Source of the DNA: Stegostoma tigrinum
Taxonomy: Eukaryota
Reading direction: 5' to 3'
Assembly: GCF_030684315.1 (NCBI RefSeq)
Contig: NC_081393.1
Span: 15,619,479 to 15,683,478 of the forward strand
Length of the DNA: 64,000 nt
Shown here: in pieces, positions 51,201 through 63,034 of the stretch
Layout of the letters: the number at the start of each line of letters is the position of its first letter
How positions within the stretch are numbered: the stretch's first letter is position 1
The notes under the pieces: model-generated
What the model saw: only the letters and a program-made list of their open reading frames with translations
Database searches by the model: none
Told to the model about the DNA's origin: nothing
Made by a program: the position numbers and the translations under genes

Positions 51201-54200
51201 GTTATTATTTACTATGTATGGGAGTGTCAAACCCAGTAACACGGGGCGTTATTATTTAATATGTACGGGAGTGTCATACCCAATAACACGGGGCGCTATT
51301 ATTTAATATGTACGGGAGTGTCATACCCAGTAACACAGGGTGTTATTGTTTAATATGAACGGGAGTGGCACACCCAGTAACACGGGGCGTTATTATTTAT
51401 TATGAACGGGAGTGTAATACGGGACATTATTATTTAATATGTACAGGAGTTTCAAACCCAGTAAGACAGGGCGTTATTATTTAATTTGCACAGGAGTGTC
51501 ACACCCAGTAACAAGGGACGTTATTATTTAATATGCACTGGAGTGTCACACCCAGTAACACAGGGCGTTATTATTTAATATGAACGGGAGTGTCACACCC
51601 AGTAACACGGGACATTGTTATTTAATACGTACAGGATTGTCACACGCAGTAACACAGGTCATTATTATTTAATATGTACGGGAGTGTCACAGCCAGTAAC
51701 ACGGGGCGTCATTATTTAATATTTACGGGAGTGTCACACCCAGTAACACAGGGCGTTATTATTTAATATGTACGGGAGTGTCACACCCAGTAACACGGGA
51801 CGTTATTATTTAATATGTACGGGAGTGTCACACCCAGTGACACAGGGCGTTAATATTTAATATGCACGGGAGTGTTACACCCAGTAACACAGGGCGTCAT
51901 TATTTAATATGAACTGGAGTGTCACAGCCAGTAACACGGTGCGTTATTATTTAATATGTACGGTAGTGGCACACCCAGTAACACGGGGCGTTATTATTTA
52001 ATACGTACAGGAGTGTCACACCCTGTAACACAGGGCGTTATTATTTAATATGTACGGGAGTGTCACATCCAGTAACACGGGGCGTTATTATTTAATATGT
52101 ACGGGAGTGTCACACCCAGTGATACAGGGCGTTATTATTTAATATGTACGGGAGTGTCACACCCAGTAACACGGGAAGTTATTATTTAATATGTACGGGA
52201 GTGTCACAGCCAGTAACACAGGGCGTTATTATTTAATATGTACGGGAGTGTCACACCCAGTAACACGGGGCGTTATTATTTAATATGTACGGTAGTGGCA
52301 CACTCAGTAACATGGGAAGTTATTGTTTAATGAGTACGGGAGTGTCACACCCAGTGACACAGGGCATTATTATTTAATATGAACGGGAGTGTCACACCCA
52401 GTAACACGGGACATTGTTATTTAATACGTACAGGATTGTCACACGCAGTAACACAGGTCATTATTATTTAATATGTACGGGAGTGTCACAGCCAGTAACA
52501 CGGGGCGTTATTATTTAATATGTATGGGAGTGTCACATCCAGTAACACGGGGCATTATTATTTAATCTGTAGAGTGTCACAGCCAGTAACATGGGGCGTT
52601 ATTATTTAATATGTACGGGAGTGTCACACCAAGTAACATGGGACGTTATTATTTAATATGTACGGGAGTGACACACCTAGTAACAAGGCACGTTATTATT
52701 TAATATGAACGGCAGTGTCACATCCAGGAATACGGGACATTATTATTTAACATGTGTAGGAGTTTCAAACCCAGTAAGACAGGGCGTAATTATTTAATTT
52801 GCACAGGAGTGTCACACCCAGTAACAAGGGACGTTATTATTTAATATGCACTGGAATGTCACACCCAGCAACACAGGGCGTTATTATTTAATATGAACGG
52901 GAGTGTCCCACCCAGTAATACGGGACATTGTTATTTAATATGTCCAGGAGTGTCACACCCAGTAACACAGGTCATTATTATTTAATATGTACGGGAGTGT
53001 CACACCTAGTAACACAGGCGTTATTATTTAATATGTACGGGAGTGGCACACCCAGTAACACGGGGCGGTATTATTTAATATGCACTGGAATGTCACACCC
53101 AGGAACATGGGGCGTTATTATTTAATATGTACAGGAGTGGCTCACCCAGTAACACGGGACATTGTTATTTAATAGGTACCGGAGTGTCACATCCAGTAAC
53201 ACGGGATTTTATTATTTAATATGTACGGGAGTGTCACACCCAGTAACACCGGACGTTATTATTTACTATGTATGGGAGTGTCAAACCCAGTAACACGGGG
53301 CGTTATTATTTAATATGTACGGGAGTGTCATACCCAGTAACACGGGGCGCTATTATTTAATATGTACGGGAGTGTCATACCCAGTAACACGGGGCGTTAT
53401 TGTTTAATATGAACGGGAGTGGCACACCCAGTAACACGGGGCGTTATTATTTATTATGAACGGGAGTGTAATACGGGACATTATTATTTAATATGTACAG
53501 TTGTTTCAAACCCAGTAAGACAGGACGTTATTATTTAATTTGCACAGGAGTGTCACACCCAGTAACAAGGGACGTTATTATTTAATATGCACTGGAGTGT
53601 CACACCCAGTAACACAGGGCGTCATTATTTAATATGAACGGGAGTGTCACACCCAGTAACACGGGACATTGTTATTTAATACGTACAGGATTGTCACACG
53701 CAGTAACACAGGTCATTATTATTTAATATGTACGGGAGTGTCACAGCCAGTAACACGGGGTGTCATTATTTAATATTTACGGGAGTGTCACACCCAGTAA
53801 CACAGGGCGTTATTATTTAATATGTACGGGAGTATCACACCAGTAACACGGGGCGTTATTATTTAAAATGTACAGGAGTGTCACACCCAGTAACACGGGA
53901 CGTTATTATTTAATATGTACGGGAGTGTCACACCCAGTGACACAGGGCATTATTATTTAATATGTATGGGAGTGTCACACCCAGTAACATGGGGCGTTAT
54001 TATTTAATATGTACCGGAGTGTCACAACCAGTAACATGGGAGGTTAATATTTAATATGTATGGGAGTGGCACACCCAGTAACACAGGGCGTTATTATTTA
54101 ATATGTACGTGAGTGTCACACCCAGTAACATGGGACATTGTTATTTAATATGTATGGACGTGTCACACCCAGTAACAGGGGGCGTTATTATTTAATACGA

Positions 54201-54785
54201 ACGGGAGTGTCACACCCAGTAACACAGGGCGTTATTATTTAATATGAACGAGAGTGTCACACCCAGTAACACGGTACATTATTATTTAATATGTACGGGA
54301 GTGGCACACCCAGCAACACGGGGCGTTATTATTTAATGTGTACGGAAGTGTCACACCCAGTAACACAGGACGTTATTATTTAATACGTACAGGAGTGTCA
54401 CACCCAGTAAGGTGGGGTGTTATTATTTAATATGTACAGGAGTGTCACACCCAGTGACACAGGGTGTTATTATTTAATATGTACCAGAGTTTCACAATCA
54501 GTAACACGGAGCGTTATTATTTAACATGTACGAGAGTGTCACACCCAGAAACATGGCGCGATATTATTTGATATGTACAGGCGTGTCACAGCCAGTAAAA
54601 CAGGACGTTATTATTTAATATGTACAGGAGTGTCACAACCGGTAACACGGGGCGTTATTATTTCATACGTACAGGAGTTTCATAGCCTCTAACATGGGAC
54701 GTTTATATTTAATATGTACAGGAGTGTCTCAGCCTGCAACACGGGCTGTTATTACTTAATATGGAAGCATCACACGCAGTAATGT
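45283..54785. repeat. 47-bp tandem minisatellite/satellite array, ~200 copies, in LGI3 intron 1
   Basis: Consensus GTTATTATTTAATATGTACGGGAGTGTCACACCCAGTAACACGGGGC; period 47 (e.g. 45424 to 45471); more degenerate at the edges. Confidence 0.98.
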
Positions 54786-55680
54786 TGTATATTATGGCAT
54801 AATAGAGCCAGTAACATTATAGTGTCATCCTACAATGAAAGATGTTGTCCAAATGTATTGAATTTGCATTCACTCGGAGCATTCCTCTGGGAAGTAGCAC
54901 CATATTTTAAGCAGTTTGCATGTGTTTAACAGGTCCTAAACCTCATTTCTTAAATCGGCTTTTTCTTCCTCTGTTCTCCACACTGCACTGTGATCTCACC
55001 TTGTAACCCAACCTTTACAAACATGATACAGAAAAGTGCCATTTTTACTTACATGATTTAGCAGAGAACAAAAATATTTGGTTCCTACAACAACCATTTG
55101 CACAACACTTATAAGCCTGTCCATAAACAACAGAGGAACATTCATGCTCAAAACAGCAGACAAAGCTTTCTTGTTGAACAATTAAAACACTGTTATTAAT
55201 CTCTTGGATCAAAAAAAAACTAAAGTAGGCTTTATTTTCCAATTGAATTTTACCAGGTAATCATTTGGTACTTTCCTACCCGAGAGCATTCGGCCAGGCC
55301 AAATTGTTCTCCATCCCTGCCCTTTCAATTTAGGTCTGATGTGACCAGTTTTGAGCTTGACTGTGACGCTTCTCACAGTCAGGCAGTGACGGCAGCGCAC
55401 TCAGTGCATGGTGATGTATGAGAAACATTGGTTTGAAGGCCAGCCCTCGCAATCCCTTCACAAGTGAAGGATACGAAAATTCGAGCGAAAACTCAAACCC
55501 TTATTGAGAGCGGCAGTTCACGGGCTGAAACAACAGATTGAGCAAGAGCATTGGATTGATGAAGGAGGCTGTTATTCAACACAGATTCAGCGGCCAGAAA
55601 GGGAACCTATCTCTTTCGCCCCCCCCCCCCCCCCACCTCCCCCTGCCAACTTGACCCACCCTTCAGTCTGGCTTACTTAC

Positions 55681-55889
55681 AAGGAGATCAGGTTCTCAGC
55701 CAATGCCTGTGGGATGGATTTTGATGCCATGCAAAATGCGCTGTCTTTGGTGCAGGAGCAGGATGCAGGACACTTGGGATTGTCGGGCCCCTTCTTCGCT
55801 CCCACTGAAAGAGACAGGCAGAAGATCCATAGCAGCGACGTCGCTGCCAGCACCCATTGCTTGGAAATGTACCCCCGAGCTGTGCCCAT
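55681..55889 (-). CDS. LGI3: LGI3 first coding exon (signal peptide + LRRNT)
   Basis: MGTARGYISKQWVLAATSLLWIFCLSLSVGAKKGPDNPKCPASCSCTKDSAFCMASKSIPQALAENLIS(L)|gtaag; total CDS 1650 nt = 549 aa. LGI3 rather than LGI1/2/4 rests on residue patterns recalled from the family and on CHMP7 linkage. Confidence 0.88.
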
Positions 55890-56447
55890 CCTGTGAAACT
55901 GCCTGAGCTTTGGATATGGATCTTGTTTTGGCCCCTTTACAGGCTTCGAGGGAGGTGATGTCTCAACGACTCGCGACCACTTAACTGACAGTCACAGCCA
56001 CTTCAGTTGTCAGGTCCTCTCGAACACCAATGCCTTGCTGGCAAACATTTAGGTTTTCACATCACTCCAAGCATAAAGGCCAGGGGAGTGAAATGATCAG
56101 AGCTTTGTGCTGATGTCAGGCTCTCAATACGATCAATTGTTTACTTAAGTGTGGTCCCGTGCCAGGGGCTGAAAGCAGTGAGCTGACAGTGCTGAACTGT
56201 TCCACAGCCTGCAAAATCACAGCACAGACAGGACAAATCATGCAAGCCAGTGTTGTACTGCTTCACGTCCTCTACCGCACAGTCAGCTCACTGCTGAAAT
56301 TCCTCCTTTCAAAACAAAGCTAAAGTCAGACCCAGATGGGACACTCGAGCAAAAACTGTACAACCGCTGAAAATGTCAGAGCAGAGCCCAGGCTCAAGTG
56401 GGAGACCATTCCTTCAGACTGGGGTGAGACTCTACGCTGAGTCCACA

Positions 56448-56644
56448 CTCACTGGGCACTTCCGCATGAGTGCAGACACTGATGTGTCTCACTGGGCACT
56501 TCCACATGAGTGCAGACACTGATGTGTCTCACTGGGCACTTCTACATGAGTGCAGACACTGATGTGTCTCACTGGGCACTTCTACATGAGTGCAGACACT
56601 GATGTGTCTCACTGGGCACTTCTACATGAGTGCAGACACTGATG
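56448..56644. repeat. 40-bp tandem repeat x5 upstream of LGI3
   Basis: CTCACTGGGCACTTCYRCATGAGTGCAGACACTGATGTGT starting at 56448, 56488, 56528, 56568, 56608. Confidence 0.97.
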
Positions 56645-57564
56645 GTTACAGTCCTCACTGTGCTCACCCCTTGCCCAAGACTCCACCTCATCTTCATTGC
56701 TCTGATCATAAAACACATGACAGATTAGCAGGTCATCGCTGCTGGCTTTGATGAATGCAGCTGGAATCAGTGACACACAGAATCGAACAGTCTCTTTCTG
56801 TGCCCTCTGGCTTGAGGATCTCAGATTGGTCGGATGGTTGCTTTTCGTTTTGAATGGTGAAGTTGTAATGGTGGCCCCATATAAAATGGCTTGGATGTTC
56901 CTGCTCCAACACAGCTGCATTACATCGGGGTTGGGCTGCACGGAAAAAGTACGAACGATCTCTCAACCCTTGTTGGGATGACACTCCCACTCTTTTTTTT
57001 TGTTGTTTGTTATCAGCCTTGTCCTAGGTCAGTCTATTGAACACGCCCTCCCTCCCTCCCTCCTCTGCTTACATTTTCTGATTTTTATCACTTTGCAACC
57101 TTCTCTCGTCGTTCCTTGGACCAGCTCTCTCATGCCACCTTTTTGCCTCCCTCATCTCCCCAGTGTGTGTTATCTTACTGCCCTTATTCTCCTCTGCTGT
57201 CCATCTCTGCTGTCTATACCTGTCACATGCTTCCTTCTTTTTCTTGACAAGAGCCTCAATTTTCCAGTCATCCAGCATTCCCTACACCTTGCCCCCAACA
57301 GGAACATATGGACTCTGGACTCTTGTTCTCTCATTTTTAAAAACCTCCCACTTTCCAGCTGTCCCCTTACCTGCAAATAGCCTCCCCAAACAACTTTTGA
57401 GAGTTCTTGCCTCGTAGCGTAAACATTGGCTTTATTCCAATTTCAATACTTTTAGCGCAGGTCTATCCTTTTCCACAACTATTGCATGTCCCCTTTGCGT
57501 CTGCAGAGATGTTTGGGAGCCCTGTATTCAGGGTCAGCAAAGTTAGCCGCGCTTTTCCCTCTGT

Positions 57565-57860
57565 TGCAATGGCTGTGACTCAGTAAGCACTGTCCAACTC
57601 AAGAAGGTCAGAGATTCAAGTCCCACTGCTGGAGACACACCAGGGCTGACAGCATGAGTGCAGTTCAGAGGGTGTGCTGCACTGTCCATGGTGCTGTTTC
57701 TTCTGGAGGAGATGTTGAAACAGGGCCCCATTCGTCCTCTCGGGTCGGTGCGAAATCAACCCCCGGCGCAACTCCCAAAAAGAGCAAGAAATCATCAGTG
57801 TTGGGCTCATATTTATCCCTCAAGCAGCATTGCAAAAAGTGATGGACATGTTGTTCCATT
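57565..57860 (+). mobile_element. Old tRNA-headed SINE (possibly SacSINE1/Deu-SINE-like)
   Basis: GTGACTCAGT..AGCAC..GATTCAAGTCCCAC head followed by GAGGGTGTGCTGCACTGTC...GAGATGTTGAAAC; related remnant at ~44445-44620; family name is from recall. Confidence 0.45.
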
Positions 57861-58624
57861 GAAGAAATTCTTAATTTCATTTCAGGCAGAGCTAAAGAGA
57901 ACTACTCTCTCATGTAGCCCAATTACCTAAGCCGAAATCAAACCTCCCTGTCCCTGACTCCATTGTAAAGGGGATATTAGAACAAAATTTCTTAGATGCA
58001 CCACAGAAAGCATTCTATCTGGATGCATTGTGGCTTGGTATGTTATCTGCTCTGCCCAGGACCGTAAGAAACTACAGAGCTATGAACACAGTCCAGAGCA
58101 TCACGCAACCTTCCATCCATTGACTCCATCTACACTTCCCACTGCCTCGGAAAGGCAGCCAACATCATCACAACACCCCTTCCACCCTGGTGTAATCTCC
58201 TCCGACATCTTCCATCAGGCAGAAGATACAAAAGCTTAAACACACACACCAACGGGTTCACGATCAGCTTCTTCCCTGCTATTATTAGACTTCTGATTGG
58301 ACCTCTCAGATTTTCACCTTAATGCTGATCTCACTCACTGTACACTTTCTCTGCAGCTGTAACACTGTATTCCTCTCTCTGTTCTACTACAGTAATGCAC
58401 GCAAAACAAAACTTTTCACTGTACCTCGGTACATGTGACATTAATAAATCAAATAAAATCAAATCAAAATAACCCTACTGCAAACGCTGGGAGGAAAGGA
58501 AAACAGAGGAGAAACTCAGCAGGTCTGGCAGCATCTGTGCAGACAGAAACAGAGTTAACATTTCTGTAAATATTCCCACACCTTGTCAGGTCCCCTCAGG
58601 ATCTGATGCATGTTAATCTCTTCA

Positions 58625-59240
58625 GGCAACCTGTCCACTTGAATACAGGATTTGGGACGTCATGTTGCGCTGTACAGGATATTGGTGAGGCCGCTTTCGG
58701 GGTACTGCATGCAATTTTGGTCACCCTTCTACAGAAAAGATGTTGTTCGACTTGAAAGGGTTTAGAAAACATTGACAAGGACGTTGCCAGGGTTGGAGGG
58801 TTTGAGGCCTAGGGAGAGGCTGAATAGGCTGGGGCTATTTTCCCTGGAGCATTGAAGGAAGTGGGGGGTGACCTTACAGAGGTTTATAAACATGAGGGGA
58901 ACAAATAAGATGAGTCAAGGTCTTTTCCCCAGGGTGGGGTAGTCCAAAACAAGAGGCGCATAGGTTTAAGATGAGAGGGAAAAGATCTAAAAGAGACTGG
59001 AGGGGGCAACATTTTCACGCAGAGGGTGGTGCGTGTGTGGAACGAGCTGCCAGAGGAAGTGGTGGGGGCTGGTACAGTTACAGCATTTGAAAGGCATCTG
59101 GATGGGGACATGAATAGGAAGGGTTTAGAGGGATATGAGCCAAATGCTGGCAAATGGGATTAGGTCAGATTGGGAGATTGGATCGATGCGCACATGTTGG
59201 ACTGAAGGGTCTGTTCCCATGTTCTACCACTCTATGACCT
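58625..59240 (+). mobile_element. CR1-type LINE 3' fragment
   Basis: Typical tail GTGGTGCGTGTGTGGAACGAGCTGCCAGAGGAAGTGG...GGGTCTGTT; a similar copy lies at 61240-61730. Confidence 0.85.
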
Positions 59241-61239
59241 TAAGTGCTGTTGGAATGCCAGTGTGTGTAGCTTCCTCCTTTACCAGGTAGAATTGGATGC
59301 CTATGTTCTAGTTCTTTCACCACCGAATAATCAGAGTGCTGGAATTCGTTGTCTTACCCCATTGATCTTTGCTGTGCCATCTCCTGAGGGCAATTTGGGA
59401 TGAGCCACAAATGTAGCCCCATGTCCTGAAAACAAATTTCACCCAATAAGGCTCAAGTCTTTTCTTTACTGAACTTTTACAGAAAGATGCCTGATGCTGG
59501 GCATCAATGCGGCCAAAACACATGAAACCTGCCAAAATTTTTGATTAGGGTATATGCTCGGCGTGTTGCATTCTGCTGAAGGTTAAGGAGCCTCCGTAAT
59601 TCTCTTAGCTGTTGTTGGAAGGCGGAAGAGGAATGCATTTGTACACACACATGGTGGTTTGAATCTCACAAGTGTCCAGGAGCTTTAATACAGACCAGGC
59701 GCAGCATTGCACAGCTCTGACAATGACAGTCTTATCTGATGGAAGCCTTCAACCTCACTCCACCATTCCTCCTGCAGCTGGCTTCATTTTCAGTGAGGCA
59801 GATTATTTCTAAGACGCAACCAATTATAAGCATTTGCAATCATCCCTTCTACGCGCAACAGTGGGGTCACTGTTGAGGACAACTCGGCTGAAAACTTGGA
59901 AATTGTTCCACAAGTGATTTTTTTGTCACTTTTCAGTTCTCACTTCTGCCTCAAATGTGGCAAATACCATTACAAATTTAGCTTTATTCACTTCATTTCC
60001 GTTGATTCATTGCTAAATTCCCAAAGCTTGTCTCCTCTCCCATCTTAACGTGCTCAAATCCAGGCTTCATTACACCATTCCAACGCCAAATATTTTTTCG
60101 ACACTCATCCCATCCTCTGGATGGTCTACAGGTTTCCAACATTCAAGCCAGACAAGAAACCACAAAGTTACCTCCCCTTTTCATCAACCTGTTCAGTCCC
60201 ATGCTCTTCCCTTGTTTCCACAACGATAATAAGAACAGCAACGTCTCTATTCCCTCAGGAGGCTGAGGAAATTCGCCATGTCCGCAAGGACTCTTACCAA
60301 TATTTATAGACACACCACAGAAAGCATCCTATCTGGCTGCATCACAGCATGGTATGGCAACTGCTCTGACCAAACTACAGAGAGTTGTAAACTCACCCCA
60401 TCACACGAGCCAGCCTCCCATCCAAATACTCCATCAATACTTCCTGCTGCCTTAGGAAAGTAACCAACATAGTCAAAGGCTCCTCCCATACTAGTTACAC
60501 TCAATTCCACCCTTTTCCATCAGGCAGAAGAATTAAAATTCGAAAACACATAATAGATTCAAGAACAGCTTCTTCCCTGCAGTTATCAGACTTGTGAATG
60601 GACCTCTCAAGTGACCTCTCTGTTCTTTCTCTCTGCACCTTCTTTACAACTGAAACACTGTACTCGGCGCTCTACCCTTTTGCACTTTGTATGGTAAGAA
60701 CTACCTGCTGAAGACGCTAAACAACACTTTTTACTGTATCTGGGTATATGTGACAACAAAAATCAATTATTATAAGCCTGGTGCAGATGTGATCAACAGA
60801 GACTTTTTACTCCCAAGAAAACAGCAACCATAAGGTTTTACCCATAAGCTGTTCTTGAAAAATGTCAATTCTACAAAGCATTCTAATCTGAAAATAGTCC
60901 CAAAAGTTTATGCAAACCTTAGACTGAGCTTTACAGTCACAAATCCATCCCATATCGAAATGAATTTTGTGCTATCTTCGAATTCTCCCCTTGGATTGTA
61001 TGTCCAGCCAACTTCATCCTGAAGCCATCATTTTTTTACAAAGACGGAGAATTGTTGTCAATTCACAACCATAATGAAGCTCCCAAGGCTTCACTATATA
61101 GACTTTTGGAATACTACGCTAACAAGATGTAGAACTGGGTGAACACAGCAGACCAAGCTGCAGGAAGGCTAACGTTTCGGGCCTAGACCCTCCTTCACCT
61201 TGTTATCTCAGATTCTCCAGCATCTGCAGTTCCTTCTAT

Positions 61240-61730
61240 TTTTGGAACACTGTGTTCATTCCCTGCTCTTGGAAAGATATTGTTAAACCAGAAAGGATTC
61301 AGAAAAGATTTACGAGGATCTACAGGGCGAGGTTAAATAGGCTGGGGCTGTTTACCCTGGAGTGTCGGAGGCTGAGGGGTGAGCTTAAAGAGGTTTATAA
61401 AATCATGAGGGGCATGGATAGGGTGAATAACCAAGATCCTTTTATCCCAGGATAGGGAAGTTCAAAACTAGACGACATAAGTTTCAGGTGAAAGGAGAAA
61501 GATCTAAAAGGGACCTAAAGGGCAACTTTTTCACACAGAGGGTGCTGCGTGTATGGAGTGAGCTGCCAAACAAAGTTCTGGAGGCTGGTACAATTACAGC
61601 ACTTAAAAGGCATCTGGATAAGCACTTGGAAAGGAAGGGTTTGGACCGATATGGGCCAAATGCTGGCAAATGGGAACAGATGTCTGGTTGGCATGGACAA
61701 GTTGGACTGTAGGGTCTGTTTGCATGACTC
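61240..61730 (+). mobile_element. CR1-type LINE 3' fragment
   Basis: ERIQKRFTR..LFTLECRRLRGEL.EVYKIMRG; GNFFTQRV.RVW.ELP. Confidence 0.85.
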
Positions 61731-62611
61731 TCCAACTCAAATATAGCTTCAATATAAGAGGCAGATAGGGGGAAGAGTAAACTTTAAAGAAAAGTCAATC
61801 ATTTTGGGTTAACTGCATTTTCTAGGCGTTTGGAAAATGTTTGAATGGGAAATTAGAGGAGGACATTCAGCCCAATTACCACTTGCTCAACATAACTCCA
61901 TATCTCTTTGTCAGAGAATAGGTCGAATCTGACTGTGGGGCTGCTCACAAACTGCTTTTTCCTATAACCCGCAAATCAATAAAACACAGTGAGGGCAACT
62001 GGACATCTGGGAGCTTGGTGAGCAATGGGCCCAACAGTCCGAGCCACACAACATGACTGCTGGCACAATCAAATCCTGTGGGATATGACAGAAGGGGCAG
62101 CACTGGATAGGAAATTGGGTGAGAGATAGGAAGCAGAAAGAGAGAAAGGTGTGAAGGGGAGTTTCCTAAGGGTCAGAACTAGGGTCCATGCTTCTCTCGG
62201 TCTCTTACTGATTTAGACTTGGTGGGGTAGGGCACAGTTTCACAATGGGAAGGCTGAGAAAGTACTGTGAACTATGGGAGGTCACTGGTCAACCTCCAGA
62301 TGACACAGATAGGCTGGTGGAACATGAGGACAAATGGAAGAGGCAATTTAATTGATAATCCTGAGCAGTCATTCACGTTCACTGGAAAAGCTAGTAGAAA
62401 GATTACAATTCTGTTGTGAGTACATGGGCAGAGAGACTTTGAAGTACTTGTGAACAAATGATTGGGTTTTAGATCAGGTTTAATGAGTGGTTGAAACTGC
62501 ATATGAAATCTTGGACTTTATAACTAGAGGCAGGGACGACACAAATCCAGCATCATCCTGCAGAGAATGCAATCCAGCTCCTACAGCATCTCCTCCATTC
62601 AGTGAAGGCCT

Positions 62612-62995
62612 ACTGCAGAGCCATCCCAGCGCCATCCCCGGTCCTCAGGATAACTGTAGAGCCATCCCAGCACCATCCCCGGTCCTCAGGGTAACTGCAG
62701 AACCATCCCAGCACCATCCCCGGTCCTCAGGATAACTGCAGAACCATCGCAGCACCATCCCCGGTCCTCAGGATAACTGCAGAGCCATCCCAGCGCCATC
62801 CCCTGGTCCTCAGGATAACTGCAGAACCATCCCAGCGCCATCCCCGGTCCTCAGGGTAACTGTAGAGCCATCCCGGCGCCATCCCCGGTCCTCAGGAAAA
62901 CTGCAGAACCATCCTGGCACCATCCCCTGTCCTCAGGATAACTGCAGAACCATCCCAGCGCCATCCCCAGTCCTCAGGATACTGCAGAACCATGC
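62612..62995. repeat. 41-bp tandem repeat x~9
   Basis: Unit ACTGCAGARCCATCCCAGCRCCATCCCCGGTCCTCAGGATA. Confidence 0.95.
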
Positions 62996-63034
62996 CGACA
63001 CCAACTTCCGATCACTGCAGGTATTGCAGAACCA

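Noticed and set aside
46433-53125. Short ORFs in the array (e.g. 48960..49286) as a repeat protein
   Set aside because: A 47-bp period cycles through all three frames and meets TAA regularly; the ORFs appear only where point variants remove a stop
45283-54785. CRISPR-like appearance of the 47-bp array
   Set aside because: Units are head-to-tail with no unique spacers, there are no cas genes, and the context is a vertebrate intron
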